DNA of 64,000 nucleotides from an uncultured bacterium (GCA_943788505.1 CALSQR010000002.1:1244161-1308160), one strand, 5' to 3'; positions 8,287 to 18,125 are shown, counted from the stretch's first letter. Notes: generated by a model from the letters alone, not told the origin. Numbers and translations: made by a program.

Positions 8287-9819
8287 CTAGCGGACCGGGA
8301 TCGTATCCACGCGGCGGAACTGAGCAAGTCCTTCTTTCTTGCTTCCGGACTCTGAGCGGCCCATACCGGTCGAAACAATGCGGCTTGCAGAGACGCCGTT
8401 GTCTACGTAGAACTGTTCGACAGCGCGAGCGCGGTCGTCAGACAGTTCCTGTGGACGACGTTCGCCAGGTGCTGACCAACCTTCAACGCGGACGTTGAGG
8501 TTCGGGCACTCAAGTAGGATCTCGAGGTTTTCCTGCAACTGAGCACGTCCTTCTTCGGTGATGGCAGACGAGTTGCGATCGAAGAATGCCGAGTTCATTT
8601 CCGTGAGTTCACGGCAGATGGCAGCTTCGTAAGGAACCACTGTGATCGTCATTGTGCGGCTTGTTACGCCGTTGCAATTTTCAACTTCCAGCGTAACAGT
8701 GTAGGTACCAGCTTCGCTGTAGGTATGCGTTGCGCTAGCTCCCGTGCCGGTTGATCCGTCTCCAAAGTCCCAACGCCATTCACCGTCCGTACCCGTTACG
8801 TTAGCACTGAACTCAACTGCTGTCTGCGTGTCAGGGCTCATGTTCGATGCGCGCATCGATGTGATGGCGGCTGGCAGGCAAGGATCCTTGACGGAAACGG
8901 CACAGGTCATTGCTGAGCTGTATTTGCCACTACCGTTAGAAGCAGAAACGCCGACTGTGTAGTCACCAGCGCGGGTGAACGTGTGGGTAGCAGTCATGCC
9001 TTCGGCAGACGAACCATCTCCAAACGTCCACAAGTAGTCAACCGGCATCGTCGCATTATCATTGTGCGATGCGGTAAACGTAACCGGCGTACCGGCATCA
9101 ACTACGTCAGCAGGACAGATCATGTCGGTTAGTTCGACAGGCTGAACGCGTTTGAAGTTGAACTTGAGACCAACCACATGGGCTCCAAGGAAGTCGAGAC
9201 CAGAAAAACCGTTGTCATCACGGCCGTCGGCTGCGTCATCCGGCGTCATTGCATTGACACCCGTCTGGAGGAAGAACGACGTTCCAGAGTTCACGAAGAA
9301 ATCCAGACCGAAACCGAGGCTTGCGCCATACGTCATTTCGTCCTGCTCAACACAGCCAGTTCCTGTACCTGCGGCACAAGTTGGGGAGTATACGTTTGAC
9401 GTTCCTCCTCCAATGCCGACGCCCGCAAACCAGTATGGAGCAATCTTTTTATCAGACAGCAGCTTACGAGCAACCAGGCCTACCGACCAGCGGCTATTCG
9501 GGTGATCTGTTGCGTCAGTAGTGGCTTCAAAGTCTGTGATCTGGGTATATTGGCCGGTTGTAAACCGAAGACCGAGGCTGTAGCTCGGTGTGAACTGGTA
9601 CCCCAGTTCGGCTCCCAGATTGTACGGGAAGGTATCGAACATGTCACCGTCGAAGTTGAACGGTGACTTTTCGTTATCTCCCATGTAGTATGAGATTCCG
9701 ACCTGTGGACGGATATAGACTGTTTCCGATCCTCGTTCGACCTGCGCCGATGCTGACTGCGGGAGAAGACCGGCAGCAGTTAGAGCAGTGAACAGAAAAA
9801 GTAGTACAAGTTTCTTCAT
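8287..9819 (-). CDS. OmpA-family outer-membrane protein with N-terminal beta-barrel and two PKD domains
   Basis: I prefer the ATG at 9819 (MKKLVLLFLFTALTAAGLLPQSASAQ) to the track start at 9900. An N-terminal porin-like barrel is followed by two PKD-like repeats (WTFGDGSSAEGMTATHTF and WDFGDGSTGTGASATHTY) and a C-terminal OmpA domain (RVEGWSAPGERRPQELSDDRARAVEQFY). Confidence 0.85.
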   Translation of the reverse strand: MKKLVLLFLFTALTAAGLLPQSASAQVERGSETVYIRPQVGISYYMGDNEKSPFNFDGDMFDTFPYNLGAELGYQFTPSYSLGLRFTTGQYTQITDFEATTDATDHPNSRWSVGLVARKLLSDKKIAPYWFAGVGIGGGTSNVYSPTCAAGTGTGCVEQDEMTYGASLGFGLDFFVNSGTSFFLQTGVNAMTPDDAADGRDDNGFSGLDFLGAHVVGLKFNFKRVQPVELTDMICPADVVDAGTPVTFTASHNDNATMPVDYLWTFGDGSSAEGMTATHTFTRAGDYTVGVSASNGSGKYSSAMTCAVSVKDPCLPAAITSMRASNMSPDTQTAVEFSANVTGTDGEWRWDFGDGSTGTGASATHTYSEAGTYTVTLEVENCNGVTSRTMTITVVPYEAAICRELTEMNSAFFDRNSSAITEEGRAQLQENLEILLECPNLNVRVEGWSAPGERRPQELSDDRARAVEQFYVDNGVSASRIVSTGMGRSESGSKKEGLAQFRRVDTIPVR

Positions 9820-9896
9820 TGTGGTCCTCTTTGAGACGTTACGTCTGGCGCTAACGGTACAAAATAGCTGACTGGTTTTCCAGTTTAAGCGGGGTT

Positions 9897-11183
9897 TCAA
9901 GTAGCATTGGCCCGGCGACCGATCTGGATATACTCCCGATGGTTCTGGCCGATGTATATCTGTCTTGGGCGATTGATGCGTGTGGCTGGGTCGTTTTTCA
10001 TCTCCATGTACTGAGAAATCCAGCCTGGAAGACGTCCTAGAGCAAACATCACGGTGAACATGTTTGTTGGGATACCCATTGCTCGGTAAAGAATACCGGA
10101 GTAGAAATCCACGTTCGGGTACAAGCCCCGAGCTACGAAGTACTCATCTTCCAACGCAATGCGTTCGAGCTGCTTGGCAATATCCAATAGTGGATCGTCG
10201 ATCCCAAGCTGCCCTAATACTTCATCCGCCGTCTTTTTGATCACGCGAGCACGCGGATCAAAATTCTTGTAGACACGGTGTCCGAAGCCCATAAGGCGAA
10301 ACGGATCGTTCTTGTCTTTCGCTTTCCCGACGTATTTCTGGAAGTTGCTTCCGTCTCGACGGATCATTTCCAGCATGTCGATGACTGCCGTGTTGGCACC
10401 ACCATGAAGTGGTCCAGAAAGTGCACTGATTCCAGCCGAAATAGACGAGAAAAGGTCGGCGCCCGAGCTACCTACCATTCGAACGGTCGATGTCGAACAA
10501 TTCTGTTCGTGGTCGGCATGCAAAATGAGCAGCATGTCGAGCGTGCGAACGAGCAGTTCGTTGACTTCGTATTCTTCACTCGGCACGGCAAACATCATGT
10601 GCAGGAAATCGCCTGCATAGCTCAGATCATTCCGTGGGTAGATGTACGGCTGCCCGATTGACTTCTTAAAAGAGAAGGCGGCAATCGTGTTCAACTTGGC
10701 CAACAACCGAATAATGTTCAGGTTGACGTCTTCTTCCGACTGTCCATTTGGATAGTAAGCGGACAATGAGGAAACGATGGCAGATAATACGCTCATCGGA
10801 GGGGCTGAAGCAGGATACCCTTCGAAAAAGCGCTTCATATCTTCATGCAGAAGACTATGCCGGGCGATTTCCGTGTGGAAAACGTCTAATTCATCACGTG
10901 TTGGGAGCTGGCCGTAAATGAGCAAATAGGCTACGTCTAAGAATGACGAATGCTCTGCAAGGTCCTCGATCGAATAGCCTCGATACCGGAGAATGCCTTT
11001 CTCTCCATCAATGAAGGTAATAGCGCTTTCACACGAACCAGTATTTGCGAATCCCGGATCCACGGTAATTGCGCCTGTTTGGCCACGCAGCTTACCGATA
11101 CCGAAGCCTACCTCGTTCTCCGTTCCAACGGTAATGGGGAGGTCAATATCCTGATCGTTAATAGTTAGACGAGCGTTATCCAT
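9897..11183 (-). CDS. gltA: Citrate synthase
   Basis: 428 aa with canonical citrate synthase blocks (LRYRGYSIEDLA, LILHADHEQNCSTSTVR, GPLHGGAN, MGFGHRVYKNFDPRA). Confidence 0.97.
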   Translation of the reverse strand: MDNARLTINDQDIDLPITVGTENEVGFGIGKLRGQTGAITVDPGFANTGSCESAITFIDGEKGILRYRGYSIEDLAEHSSFLDVAYLLIYGQLPTRDELDVFHTEIARHSLLHEDMKRFFEGYPASAPPMSVLSAIVSSLSAYYPNGQSEEDVNLNIIRLLAKLNTIAAFSFKKSIGQPYIYPRNDLSYAGDFLHMMFAVPSEEYEVNELLVRTLDMLLILHADHEQNCSTSTVRMVGSSGADLFSSISAGISALSGPLHGGANTAVIDMLEMIRRDGSNFQKYVGKAKDKNDPFRLMGFGHRVYKNFDPRARVIKKTADEVLGQLGIDDPLLDIAKQLERIALEDEYFVARGLYPNVDFYSGILYRAMGIPTNMFTVMFALGRLPGWISQYMEMKNDPATRINRPRQIYIGQNHREYIQIGRRANAT

Positions 11184-11427
11184 GACTGTACTGATCTGTG
11201 TGGGCAGATGCTTTAACCTCCATTGAGCGAGCCTGACAACGAAATGTGGCAGGCCTGGAGGCAGCTGGTTGTGAAAGTAGTAGATTTAGACGCCTTAAAA
11301 CGGCTTTTGAGCCATCCGTAAGCAGTCTACAACGAAAATTCGCTGACGAAACTGTCGTTGAACCATATCTGTCATTGATCTTGACGCAGATTCGGGAAAC
11401 GTCATTGATCACATTACGGGCTACATC

Positions 11428-12102
11428 ATGAATACACCGGCTGCACTCATCCGACTCAATGATCGGATTGCGAATTTATTGTGCGACATGCCTTCAAAGG
11501 CCGATTTGTTCAATATGTACTCTTCGCGCAATCCAGATATCGATCGAGTAGATGCTGTGCAGGCTCGACGAGCGAATCTGAAGCGATATATAGTAGAAAG
11601 AAAAAAAATGCCGTCTTTGTTCATTCTGGCGGAAGCGCCAGGACCTTGGGGGTGCCGCTTTACTGGCGTTCCTATCACGAGTGAAGAGCAGTTGATAGAC
11701 CCTGCGTTTCCACATGCTGGCGAGCGTAGTAGCTTACAGTCGGATCCCCTTAAAGAATACAGCGCCTCTATTTATTGGAGGGTGTTAGCTCCGTATTGGG
11801 AAGACATATTTACGTGGAATACTATCCCTTTCCATCCTCATAAGATTGGCAAGCCTCTTACCATCCGCACGCCTCGGTTGGGAGAGATCAAGGAATTCGT
11901 CCCGGTCCTCGAAGAAATCATTGATGAATTGCGTCCAGCGCGAACCATTGCCATAGGACGTAAGGCAGAGCGCGCACTTGATTTAGCCGGTGTTGAAACC
12001 ACGTACGTTCGCCATCCCTCCCAAGGAGGTGCGTTGTTGTTTGAAGAAGGCGTCCGTACCATCATCGAAGAAATGAAGCTCACTCCTACCCATGTCCGAT
12101 AG
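11428..12102 (+). CDS. Uracil-DNA glycosylase superfamily protein
   Basis: 224 aa with a UDG-fold motif LFILAEAPGPWGCRFTGVPITS and a C-terminal RHPSQGG. The subfamily is not resolved. Confidence 0.65.
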   Translation: MNTPAALIRLNDRIANLLCDMPSKADLFNMYSSRNPDIDRVDAVQARRANLKRYIVERKKMPSLFILAEAPGPWGCRFTGVPITSEEQLIDPAFPHAGERSSLQSDPLKEYSASIYWRVLAPYWEDIFTWNTIPFHPHKIGKPLTIRTPRLGEIKEFVPVLEEIIDELRPARTIAIGRKAERALDLAGVETTYVRHPSQGGALLFEEGVRTIIEEMKLTPTHVR

Positions 12103-13480
12103 CGACCTCTTCGACGCCTCTGCCAAGGACTTCATGTCCTCTCGCGCTCCGCTAGCGGATCGCTTGCGCCCCCGCACGCTCGATGAGTACATCGGACAGG
12201 AGCACATTCTTGGACCTGGCCGCCTGCTGCGCCGCTCGATTGAAGCAGACAGGGTTTCTTCGATCATCTTCTATGGACCTCCGGGTACGGGCAAGACGAC
12301 GCTTGCTCGCATCATCGCCAACACGACTAAGTCCCATTTTGTCACGCTGAATGCGGTTCTAGCCGGCGTCAAAGATATTCGGACGTCCATCGCAGAGGCT
12401 GAACGTCGGCTGAAGCTGCATCGGCAACGCACTTTTCTGTTTGTCGATGAGGTTCACCGCTTCAACAAGGCGCAGCAAGACGCACTTTTACCTCATGTCG
12501 AGAATGGAACGGTGACGCTGATCGGTGCGACGACAGAAAATCCCTATTTCGAGGTTATCAAGGCACTTGTATCCCGGTCGCGGATCTTCGAACTAAAGTC
12601 CCTTACTGAGGAAGATCTGGCCAACGTCGCTCGCTTTGCACTCACGAATAAAGAACGTGGGTACGGCAAGCGAAACGTCTCGGTCGATGACGACGCGTTG
12701 GCTCACTTGGTCTCGACGGCCAATGGCGATGCGCGGTCTCTCTTGAACGCGTTAGAGTTGGCGGTAGAGACAACGACCGACGGCGAGCCTGTCACGCTGG
12801 AAGTTGCTGAGGAAAGCATCCAGAAACGGGCTGTACTGTACGATAAGGAGGGGGACGCGCACTATGATACCATCAGCGCCTTCATCAAGAGCCTGCGCGG
12901 GTCCGATCCCGACGCGTCGATGTACTGGATGGGTCGTATGCTTTACGCCGGTGAGGATCCGCGTTTCATTATCCGACGCATGATGATTTTTGCCGCCGAA
13001 GACATCGGCTTGGCCGACCCGCGCGCCATTCAGGTGGCAACGGCCTGTGCTCAGGCTTTCGAATGGGTGGGATTGCCGGAGGGGCGTTTTCATCTGGCTG
13101 AATGCTGTCTGTATCTCGCAACGGCTCCCAAGAGCAATTCGACCTATACGTTCTTCGAGGCCCTGAAATTTGTTGAGAAAGAGCAAAGTGGTGAGGTCCC
13201 GAACCCCCTGAAAGACGGCTCCAGAGACGGGAAGGGCCTGGGTCATGGTGATGGCTATCTCTATCCCCATTCATATAGGAATCACTACGTTCCGCAGCAG
13301 TACATGCCCGATGAAATGCAGGGCGTCTATTTTTATGAGCCCAGTGATGTGGGCTATGAGCGCACGATCAAGGAGCGTCTCGATTATTGGCGCTCGCGCG
13401 ATGAGGAAATGGATCTATCGCGGCGCGTCAAGAGGTATGCTGATAAAGACAGCGATGACAAGTCTCCTGAAGAGTCCTAA
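12092..13480 (+). CDS. rarA: Replication-associated recombination protein A (AAA ATPase MgsA/RarA)
   Basis: 462 aa with Walker A GPPGTGKTT, FVDEVHRFNKAQQDALLPHVENGTVTLIGATTENPYF and the MgsA C-terminal domain (HYDTISAFIKSLRGSDPDASMYW). Confidence 0.95.
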   Translation: MSDSDLFDASAKDFMSSRAPLADRLRPRTLDEYIGQEHILGPGRLLRRSIEADRVSSIIFYGPPGTGKTTLARIIANTTKSHFVTLNAVLAGVKDIRTSIAEAERRLKLHRQRTFLFVDEVHRFNKAQQDALLPHVENGTVTLIGATTENPYFEVIKALVSRSRIFELKSLTEEDLANVARFALTNKERGYGKRNVSVDDDALAHLVSTANGDARSLLNALELAVETTTDGEPVTLEVAEESIQKRAVLYDKEGDAHYDTISAFIKSLRGSDPDASMYWMGRMLYAGEDPRFIIRRMMIFAAEDIGLADPRAIQVATACAQAFEWVGLPEGRFHLAECCLYLATAPKSNSTYTFFEALKFVEKEQSGEVPNPLKDGSRDGKGLGHGDGYLYPHSYRNHYVPQQYMPDEMQGVYFYEPSDVGYERTIKERLDYWRSRDEEMDLSRRVKRYADKDSDDKSPEES

Positions 13481-13525
13481 ATTGCCTCCTTCAAGCGCCA
13501 ATTCCTTTTCCTCTTCCGCCCAATC

Positions 13526-14113
13526 ATGCAGCGATTCCTGCGCATAGCTGACGCCATCGACCGATTCCAAGATCGGATTGGGAAATGGCTGTACTGGCTT
13601 ACGCTCATGATGGTGGTCGTTGGCGGGTTCAATGCCGTAGTCCGATACATGGACAAGTTCACCGGCATGTCCCTCAGTTCGAATTTCTATCTGGAGCTGC
13701 AGTGGTATCTCTTTAGCCTGCTCTTCCTTTTCGGAGCCGCTTACACGTTGCGCCACAACGCCCACGTTCGGGTGGACATCGTCTATTCTAATCTGAGTTT
13801 GAAAGGAAAAGCTTGGGTCGATTTGCTCGGCACCTTGATCTTCCTCTTCCCGTTTTGCGTGTTGATGCTCTGGGTATCTTGGCCTGCCGTGATGAATTCC
13901 TGGGAGGTTCTGGAGATGTCACCAGATCCTGGTGGACTTCCGCGCTATCCAATCAAGACGGCCATTCCGGTGGCCTTTTTGTTGGTTTTAATTCAAGGCG
14001 TGTCGATGACGATTCGAAGCTTGGCTGTGCTGATGGGCGTGACCGACGAACTTGGTCTTGAAGGTAGGCGTGGCGCTGGGATTGCCCAGATCCAGATTGA
14101 GGAGGGCAGCTGA
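13526..14113 (+). CDS. TRAP transporter small permease (DctQ/FcbT2-like)
   Basis: 195 aa with four hydrophobic helices. Its stop TGA (14111..14113) overlaps the ATG of the large permease by 1 nt. Confidence 0.85.
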   Translation: MQRFLRIADAIDRFQDRIGKWLYWLTLMMVVVGGFNAVVRYMDKFTGMSLSSNFYLELQWYLFSLLFLFGAAYTLRHNAHVRVDIVYSNLSLKGKAWVDLLGTLIFLFPFCVLMLWVSWPAVMNSWEVLEMSPDPGGLPRYPIKTAIPVAFLLVLIQGVSMTIRSLAVLMGVTDELGLEGRRGAGIAQIQIEEGS

Positions 14114-15432
14114 TGGAAGGCGAATGGCTAGCACCTCTCATGTTTATTGGGGCGCTCCTCCTGATTTTCACTGGATTCCCCGTAGCCCTCGCTTTGGGTG
14201 GAACGGCTATGATTTTCGCCGTTATTGGCATTGAAATGGGCATGTTCGATTGGCCATTGCTCTTGGCGCTGCCCGACCGCACGTTCGGCATTATGTCGAA
14301 CTTTGTATTGCTGGCCATCCCGTTTTTCATCTTCATGGGGACGATGCTCGAAAAGAGCCGATTGGCAGAGGATCTATTGACGACTGTTGGGCAGGTGTTT
14401 GGGCCCGTGCGCGGCGGACTAGCTTTTGCCGTTGTCTTTGTGGGGGCGCTGCTAGCCGCTGCTACTGGTGTTGTTGGAGCAAGTGTCGTGGCGATGGGGC
14501 TGATATCACTGCCGGTGATGATGCAATACGGATACTCGAAAGAGCTTTCTGTAGGCGTGATTACCGCTTCAGGGACCCTTGGTCAGATTATTCCGCCATC
14601 TGTGGTTTTGATTGTTTTGGCCGATCAGATGGGCATCTCCGTCGGCGATCTGTTCATGGGTGCCCTTGTACCAGGCATTCTGCTAGCTGGGCTTTATGCC
14701 GTGTACGTTGGGGGTGTTGCCATTTTTCAGCCTTGGAAAGCCCCCGCACTGCCAGCTGAAACGCTCGATATCGAACGGAAGGAATTGGTTAAGAGGGTCT
14801 TCCTGGTATTGCTACCGCCCTTGGTCCTAATCCTGTTGGTTTTGGGTAGCATTTTCTCGGGCGTCGCCACACCAACAGAGGCAGGTGCACTTGGTGCAAT
14901 TGGAGCGATGGGCCTTGCAGCAGCGAACCGACGTCTGACCTGGAAGGCGTTGAAGGAAACCATGGATAACACCACGAAGCTGACCTCCATGGTCATGTTT
15001 TTGTTGATTGGTTCGACCGCGTTTGCCCTCGTCTTCCGAGGATTGAACGGCGACCTGTGGATCGAACACCTTCTCACGAATTTACCCGGTGGTGTGATCG
15101 GGCTTTTGATCGTAGCCAACCTTGCAGTGTTCATTCTAGGCTTTTTTATCGACTTCTTCGAGATCGCGTTTATCGTGATCCCGTTGCTCGTGCCGGCTGC
15201 CGCTTTGCTCGGTATAGATCTCGTCTGGTTCGGCGTTATGCTGGGCATGAACCTACAGATGTCCTTCTTGACACCGCCTTTCGGCTTTGCCTTGTTCTAC
15301 CTGCGAGGGGTGGCCCCTCCGGAAATCTCGACGGCGCAGATCTACCGCGGCGTCGTGCCCTTCATTATCATTCAGGCGATCGGGCTTCTGCTAATCATTA
15401 TCTGGCCGGAGCTCGTCACCTGGGCGTTGTAG
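14113..15432 (+). CDS. TRAP transporter large permease (DctM/FcbT3-like)
   Basis: 439 aa polytopic membrane protein with typical DctM blocks (FIFMGTMLEKSRLAEDL, ASGTLGQIIPPS, FGFALFYLRGVAP). Confidence 0.95.
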   Translation: MEGEWLAPLMFIGALLLIFTGFPVALALGGTAMIFAVIGIEMGMFDWPLLLALPDRTFGIMSNFVLLAIPFFIFMGTMLEKSRLAEDLLTTVGQVFGPVRGGLAFAVVFVGALLAAATGVVGASVVAMGLISLPVMMQYGYSKELSVGVITASGTLGQIIPPSVVLIVLADQMGISVGDLFMGALVPGILLAGLYAVYVGGVAIFQPWKAPALPAETLDIERKELVKRVFLVLLPPLVLILLVLGSIFSGVATPTEAGALGAIGAMGLAAANRRLTWKALKETMDNTTKLTSMVMFLLIGSTAFALVFRGLNGDLWIEHLLTNLPGGVIGLLIVANLAVFILGFFIDFFEIAFIVIPLLVPAAALLGIDLVWFGVMLGMNLQMSFLTPPFGFALFYLRGVAPPEISTAQIYRGVVPFIIIQAIGLLLIIIWPELVTWAL

Positions 15433-15529
15433 TAGGGGATCGCCCCTGACTCTCGACTCCCTTATAGAGCTGAAGGAAGTTCGACTTGAAAGCGTTCACA
15501 ACTATCAAGGCTGCTTGAGGCACAGGCGG

Positions 15530-16780
15530 TTAGGGATGCCGAACAAGTTCCCCGTTTTGCATTACCCAGTTGATTTCGTGCAGTGCAGCCGTGCTGTCAA
15601 GAGGATTATTCGGCATGGCGACGATGTCTGCAGCAAGGCCGGGAGCCAGGATACCTCGGGTGTCACTAATGCCCATCATTTCAGCAGCCGTTGCCGTGAT
15701 GGCGCGTAGCGTGTAGTCGTTGGGCATACCGGCTTCACGCCAGCTATTCAAGACGTCGAGGCTTTCTATACCACGACCATGTTCAGCGTTCCTGAAAACG
15801 GCGTCGGAGCCATAGACATTCATGACACCGACAGCATGCGAACGTCGCAGGCGGTCCACGAACATGTCATGTTCGGGTTGAAACGCGGATACATCGGCAG
15901 ACGGGTCAGCCCAAGCCAAGCCGGCCAAGGTGAATTCTGTTCCGACCAAATAGACTCCTGCGTCTTTCGCCAATTGCAGCGTTTCGTCGGACATGTTTGG
16001 CCCGTGTTCGATGGTGTGGACGCCTGCCTCAATTGCGTTTCGTGCACCCTGCTCCGTCCAGCAATGAGCGGCGACATAAGTGCCTGCGCCCTCTGCCTCT
16101 TCAACCGCAGCTCGTATCTCGTCGACTGAATAGATATAGCGCTGATCGTCGATTACAATTTTTATAAATGTTGATCCAAAATGGAGATTTTCGCGTACAG
16201 CTTTGCGAATATCGTCTGGTCCATCTGCAAAGAAATACTCTGGATTCCCAACGTGTCGCTTCTCCGGCTGAAGATGAAATTGTCCTCCAAACGGAGCAAT
16301 AATCCGTCCGGCGACCTCCATATGAGGCCCTGGGACTAGTCCCTCGTCGATTCCCTGTTTTAACGCGACGTCTGCATAATTTCCGTTGTTGCCGATGTCT
16401 CGAATGGAAGTGAAACCGGCTTCCAGCATGTCTTTGGCATTGCGAACGCCTTGCACAGCCCGATAAGCAGTGGTGTTCAGAATTCCAGTAACGAAGTAAT
16501 TGCCCCCGTCTTTTTTAGGGTCAACTTCCAAGGCCATGTGGGCGTGAGCATCGATTAAACCGGCCATGATATAACTGTCGGACAAATCGATGACATCATC
16601 GGACATTGCACCCGACCAAGTGTCGATCGATGCGATCTTCCCATCAATGACGGTAATTTTTTGATCAGTTGTAGTTGACCCGTCATGAGCGTAAATCACT
16701 GTACCTGCCCGTAGGACAGCGTTCTGGGCAGACGTGGGGGCAACAAAGAGAAAAAGCAGGAGCAAAAAGCGGAATTTCAT
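15530..16780 (-). CDS. Amidohydrolase-family metallo-hydrolase, secreted
   Basis: I prefer the ATG at 16780 (MKFRFLLLLFLFVAPTSAQ signal peptide) to the track start at 17005. It has the amidohydrolase signature GLIDAHAHMA and a later AAHC, with a C-terminal LAPGLAADIVAM. Confidence 0.85.
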   Translation of the reverse strand: MKFRFLLLLFLFVAPTSAQNAVLRAGTVIYAHDGSTTTDQKITVIDGKIASIDTWSGAMSDDVIDLSDSYIMAGLIDAHAHMALEVDPKKDGGNYFVTGILNTTAYRAVQGVRNAKDMLEAGFTSIRDIGNNGNYADVALKQGIDEGLVPGPHMEVAGRIIAPFGGQFHLQPEKRHVGNPEYFFADGPDDIRKAVRENLHFGSTFIKIVIDDQRYIYSVDEIRAAVEEAEGAGTYVAAHCWTEQGARNAIEAGVHTIEHGPNMSDETLQLAKDAGVYLVGTEFTLAGLAWADPSADVSAFQPEHDMFVDRLRRSHAVGVMNVYGSDAVFRNAEHGRGIESLDVLNSWREAGMPNDYTLRAITATAAEMMGISDTRGILAPGLAADIVAMPNNPLDSTAALHEINWVMQNGELVRHP

Positions 16781-16970
16781 GGGAATCCTTTGGTGAGTGG
16801 GACGAACAGATAGCAGGGTGTTGAATAAAAGTACTCTTTCCTCGAGAATAGTGACGATCGACTCAAAATTACCACCTTCTGTGTGGAAGGTGGGTTGATT
16901 GGGGGGCAAGGTGAGCCGATGAGCACAAAAATGTCGTATTGTTGGTGAAGCGAAATATCCAATTCCCGAA

Positions 16971-18050
16971 ATGGACCTCTCTCCCAACGAAATAGCCGAT
17001 ATCAAACAAGCTGTCGAAGAGACGGCACGTGCCTTGCATACGGCTCACTTGACCCGTGGCGAAGGGTCGCTGGAGTATTTCATGTCCTTCTGTGACGAGG
17101 ATGTTTTTGCTATCGGGACGGGTCTGGAAGAGGTAATGGACGGCAAATCGAGCCTGCAATCCTTCATCGAAAGGGAGTGGCAGGAGATTTCGCACAACGT
17201 GCATCACGTCATCCATTCCGTGCATGCGCAGGTCCTGTCACGGGAGTCTGCCTACGCTCACACGTTTCTGGCGCTCAACATGAGCGAGACCGGAGAGGGC
17301 GAGTACATCGAAGCCCGGATGACCAGCATGCTTCGAAAACAGGGGGATGAATGGAAAATCATCGGCTGGCACGCGTCGACGCCGTGGGATATCCAACCCG
17401 AGGGGGTGTCCTGGCCGACGGATGAATTGCAGGCGCGGGCTGAAAAGCTGGAGCGGGAGATCACTGCCCGCACCGAAGAGCTGTCTCTGGCGAACCGCGA
17501 ACTGGCGGTCGATGCTGCATTAGAGCGCATCCGCCGCGTGACGGCCGACATGGAAGGCCCATCTGACCTGATCGAGGTGATCAAGCAGATCAGTAGGGAG
17601 ATCGAAGGACTGTACGGAGCGCAAGCTCTCGATGCGTACCTGATGTTCGAGGCGGACGAGGAGACGTACAAGTTCTGGTCCATCTTATCCGTCGCTGAAA
17701 TGCCGGATAGCTTGGAGCAGTTCGGCCTCCTCTATCCCAAGAGTCCAGACCCGCCTCATCCGCTGCTGGATAAGGTCTGGGCCTCCGAAGGACCGTTTAC
17801 GATGTGCCGCTTTGATATGGATGAGATGTGGCAGATGCATGCTTCGCTGGCGAAGTACAGTCCGTCGGAGGCCGCCATGCTCAAGACGGCTCTTGATTCC
17901 GGTGACGTTGACGGGACTTGGGCAACCGTGTCTTCCATTCAGGAAGGCTTCGTGCACGATCGCTGTCGTGTTCATCGTAGTGACGCCGCCATTTCCGGCG
18001 CGCTGCTGCGCAGCGCGCCGATGCAATTCCTCGTACACCAGCGGAAATAA
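16971..18050 (+). CDS. Sensor-like protein: NTF2/SnoaL-like domain, coiled coil and GAF-like module; no output domain (possibly truncated)
   Basis: 359 aa with an N-terminal DUF4440/SnoaL-like fold. A coiled coil (ELQARAEKLEREITARTEELSLANRELAVDAALERIRRV) is followed by a degenerate GAF-like region. The last roughly 40 codons are antisense to a sigma-factor fragment and are probably not native. Confidence 0.55.
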   Translation: MDLSPNEIADIKQAVEETARALHTAHLTRGEGSLEYFMSFCDEDVFAIGTGLEEVMDGKSSLQSFIEREWQEISHNVHHVIHSVHAQVLSRESAYAHTFLALNMSETGEGEYIEARMTSMLRKQGDEWKIIGWHASTPWDIQPEGVSWPTDELQARAEKLEREITARTEELSLANRELAVDAALERIRRVTADMEGPSDLIEVIKQISREIEGLYGAQALDAYLMFEADEETYKFWSILSVAEMPDSLEQFGLLYPKSPDPPHPLLDKVWASEGPFTMCRFDMDEMWQMHASLAKYSPSEAAMLKTALDSGDVDGTWATVSSIQEGFVHDRCRVHRSDAAISGALLRSAPMQFLVHQRK

Positions 18051-18125
18051 TTGATCTAGCGCAGACGCATCACCCGTCTGGGCGGCATGAAGCAGCTGGG
18101 TGATGTTTGTCTGGTCGGAGGGCAT
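17928..18125 (-). pseudogene. N-terminal fragment of an ECF sigma factor (Sigma70_ECF/TIGR02999-like)
   Basis: The first ~65 aa of the ORF 17685..18125 read ITQLLHAAQTGDASALDQLFPLVYEELHRRAAQ...TTAIVHEAFL, the hallmark N-terminus of this sigma family. The similarity then ends and regions 2.4 to 4 are missing. The rest of the ORF is antisense to the convergent gene. Confidence 0.5.

Noticed and set aside
12752-13270. 172-aa and 101-aa minus-strand ORFs
   Set aside because: They are antisense to rarA, whose AAA+ motifs are unambiguous.
14250-15449. ORFs 14250..14759 (+), 14727..15248 (-) and 15057..15449 (+)
   Set aside because: They are alternative frames or antisense within the TRAP large permease gene. 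The products are Arg/Cys-rich and not membrane-like.
17685-17927. Rest of the 146-aa minus-strand ORF beyond the sigma-like N-terminus; HLIHIKAAHRKRSFGGP faintly recalls the sigma ARxxxKRGGG stretch
   Set aside because: The opposite strand here has G-rich first codon positions and GC-rich third positions, and it continues a clearly real protein. The resemblance is short and the intervening region does not align to sigma region 2. I treat it as chance, but I flagged the junction as a finding.
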